Origin: the human T2T-CHM13v2.0 reference genome, Homo sapiens
DNA: 64,000 bases
Assembly: GCF_009914755.1 (NCBI RefSeq)
Contig: NC_060925.1
Direction: 5' to 3' (one strand)
Shown here: positions 63,680 through 64,000 of the stretch, one piece after another
How the letters are laid out: every line of letters starts with the position of its first letter
Position numbering within the stretch: the first letter of the stretch is position 1
Program-made: the position numbers and the translations under genes
Notes under the pieces: generated by a model
What the model was told of the DNA's origin: nothing
Databases searched by the model: none
What the model saw: only the letters and a program-made list of their open reading frames with translations

Positions 63680-64000
63680 GGGGCCATGGCGTGTCTCCTG
63701 CAGGGTATCGAGGAGAGCTTCCCCAGATGCTCTGCCTCCAAGCGCCACGTGGGGGCGCTGCCTCACCACTGCCTGACCTGCGCACGTGTCCGGGAGAGCG
63801 CTGACCTCCGGGCCAAGGCCACTGTGTACTGGCCATTTGCCAAAGCGGAGCTGGCCTCCGCGCGGTTCCCAATTAACCAAAGCCACGTGGATTTGTCATC
63901 AGAGCGTTCAAGTGACACGGCCGGGCCCTGCGCGTGTGGAGTGCCTGGTGAAAGCTGCTCCTTGGTTTCTGCTTCCAGCCATAAGGTTCAGACAGGAACC
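63680..64000. promoter_or_regulatory. CpG-rich candidate cis-regulatory element (may extend beyond the window)
   Basis: Abrupt GC/CpG rise; three CACGTG E-boxes; CTCF-like CGCCACGTGGGGGCGCTG. Confidence 0.6.

Noticed and set aside
63602-63886. ORFs at the right edge as ZP4 or POTE/actin coding sequence
   Set aside because: Translations show no ZP-domain, ankyrin or actin similarity; explained by high GC content.

Overview
Primate, most likely human, genomic DNA containing the 3' end of RYR2 (cardiac ryanodine receptor) on the + strand. Eight coding exons lie between 1168 and 31955, all with AG/GT boundaries and consistent reading phase; counting back from the last exon of the 105-exon gene they are exons 98-105. 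They encode the last transmembrane segments, the GGGIGD selectivity filter, S6, the C2H2 zinc finger and the C-terminus (...KQYEDQLN*). A ~1.3 kb 3'UTR follows, with at least two poly(A) signals. The rest is introns and repeat-dense downstream DNA: about 22 Alus, two full-length decayed L1s (L1PA7-like in intron 101; L1PA13-like downstream), MER20/MER53/MER3/Tigger3 DNA elements, MaLR/ERV LTRs in deep nests, and MIR/L2 relics. No prokaryote-type system (CRISPR, operon) is present, and most ORFs in the track are Alu/L1 artefacts. Best leads: (1) a MER53 hairpin with an exact antisense copy of mature miR-1302; (2) an Alu and a full-length L1 bracketed by one target-site duplication (TSD) in the intron that splits the S6 gate; (3) a +4 tandem donor at the last junction that predicts an NMD-escaping alternative C-terminus; (4) inverted Alu pairs around small pore exons; (5) strong CTCF motifs and a CpG/E-box element at the right edge. 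Repeat subfamily names, exon numbers and residue numbers come from memory of consensus and reference sequences and need RepeatMasker/BLAT confirmation.
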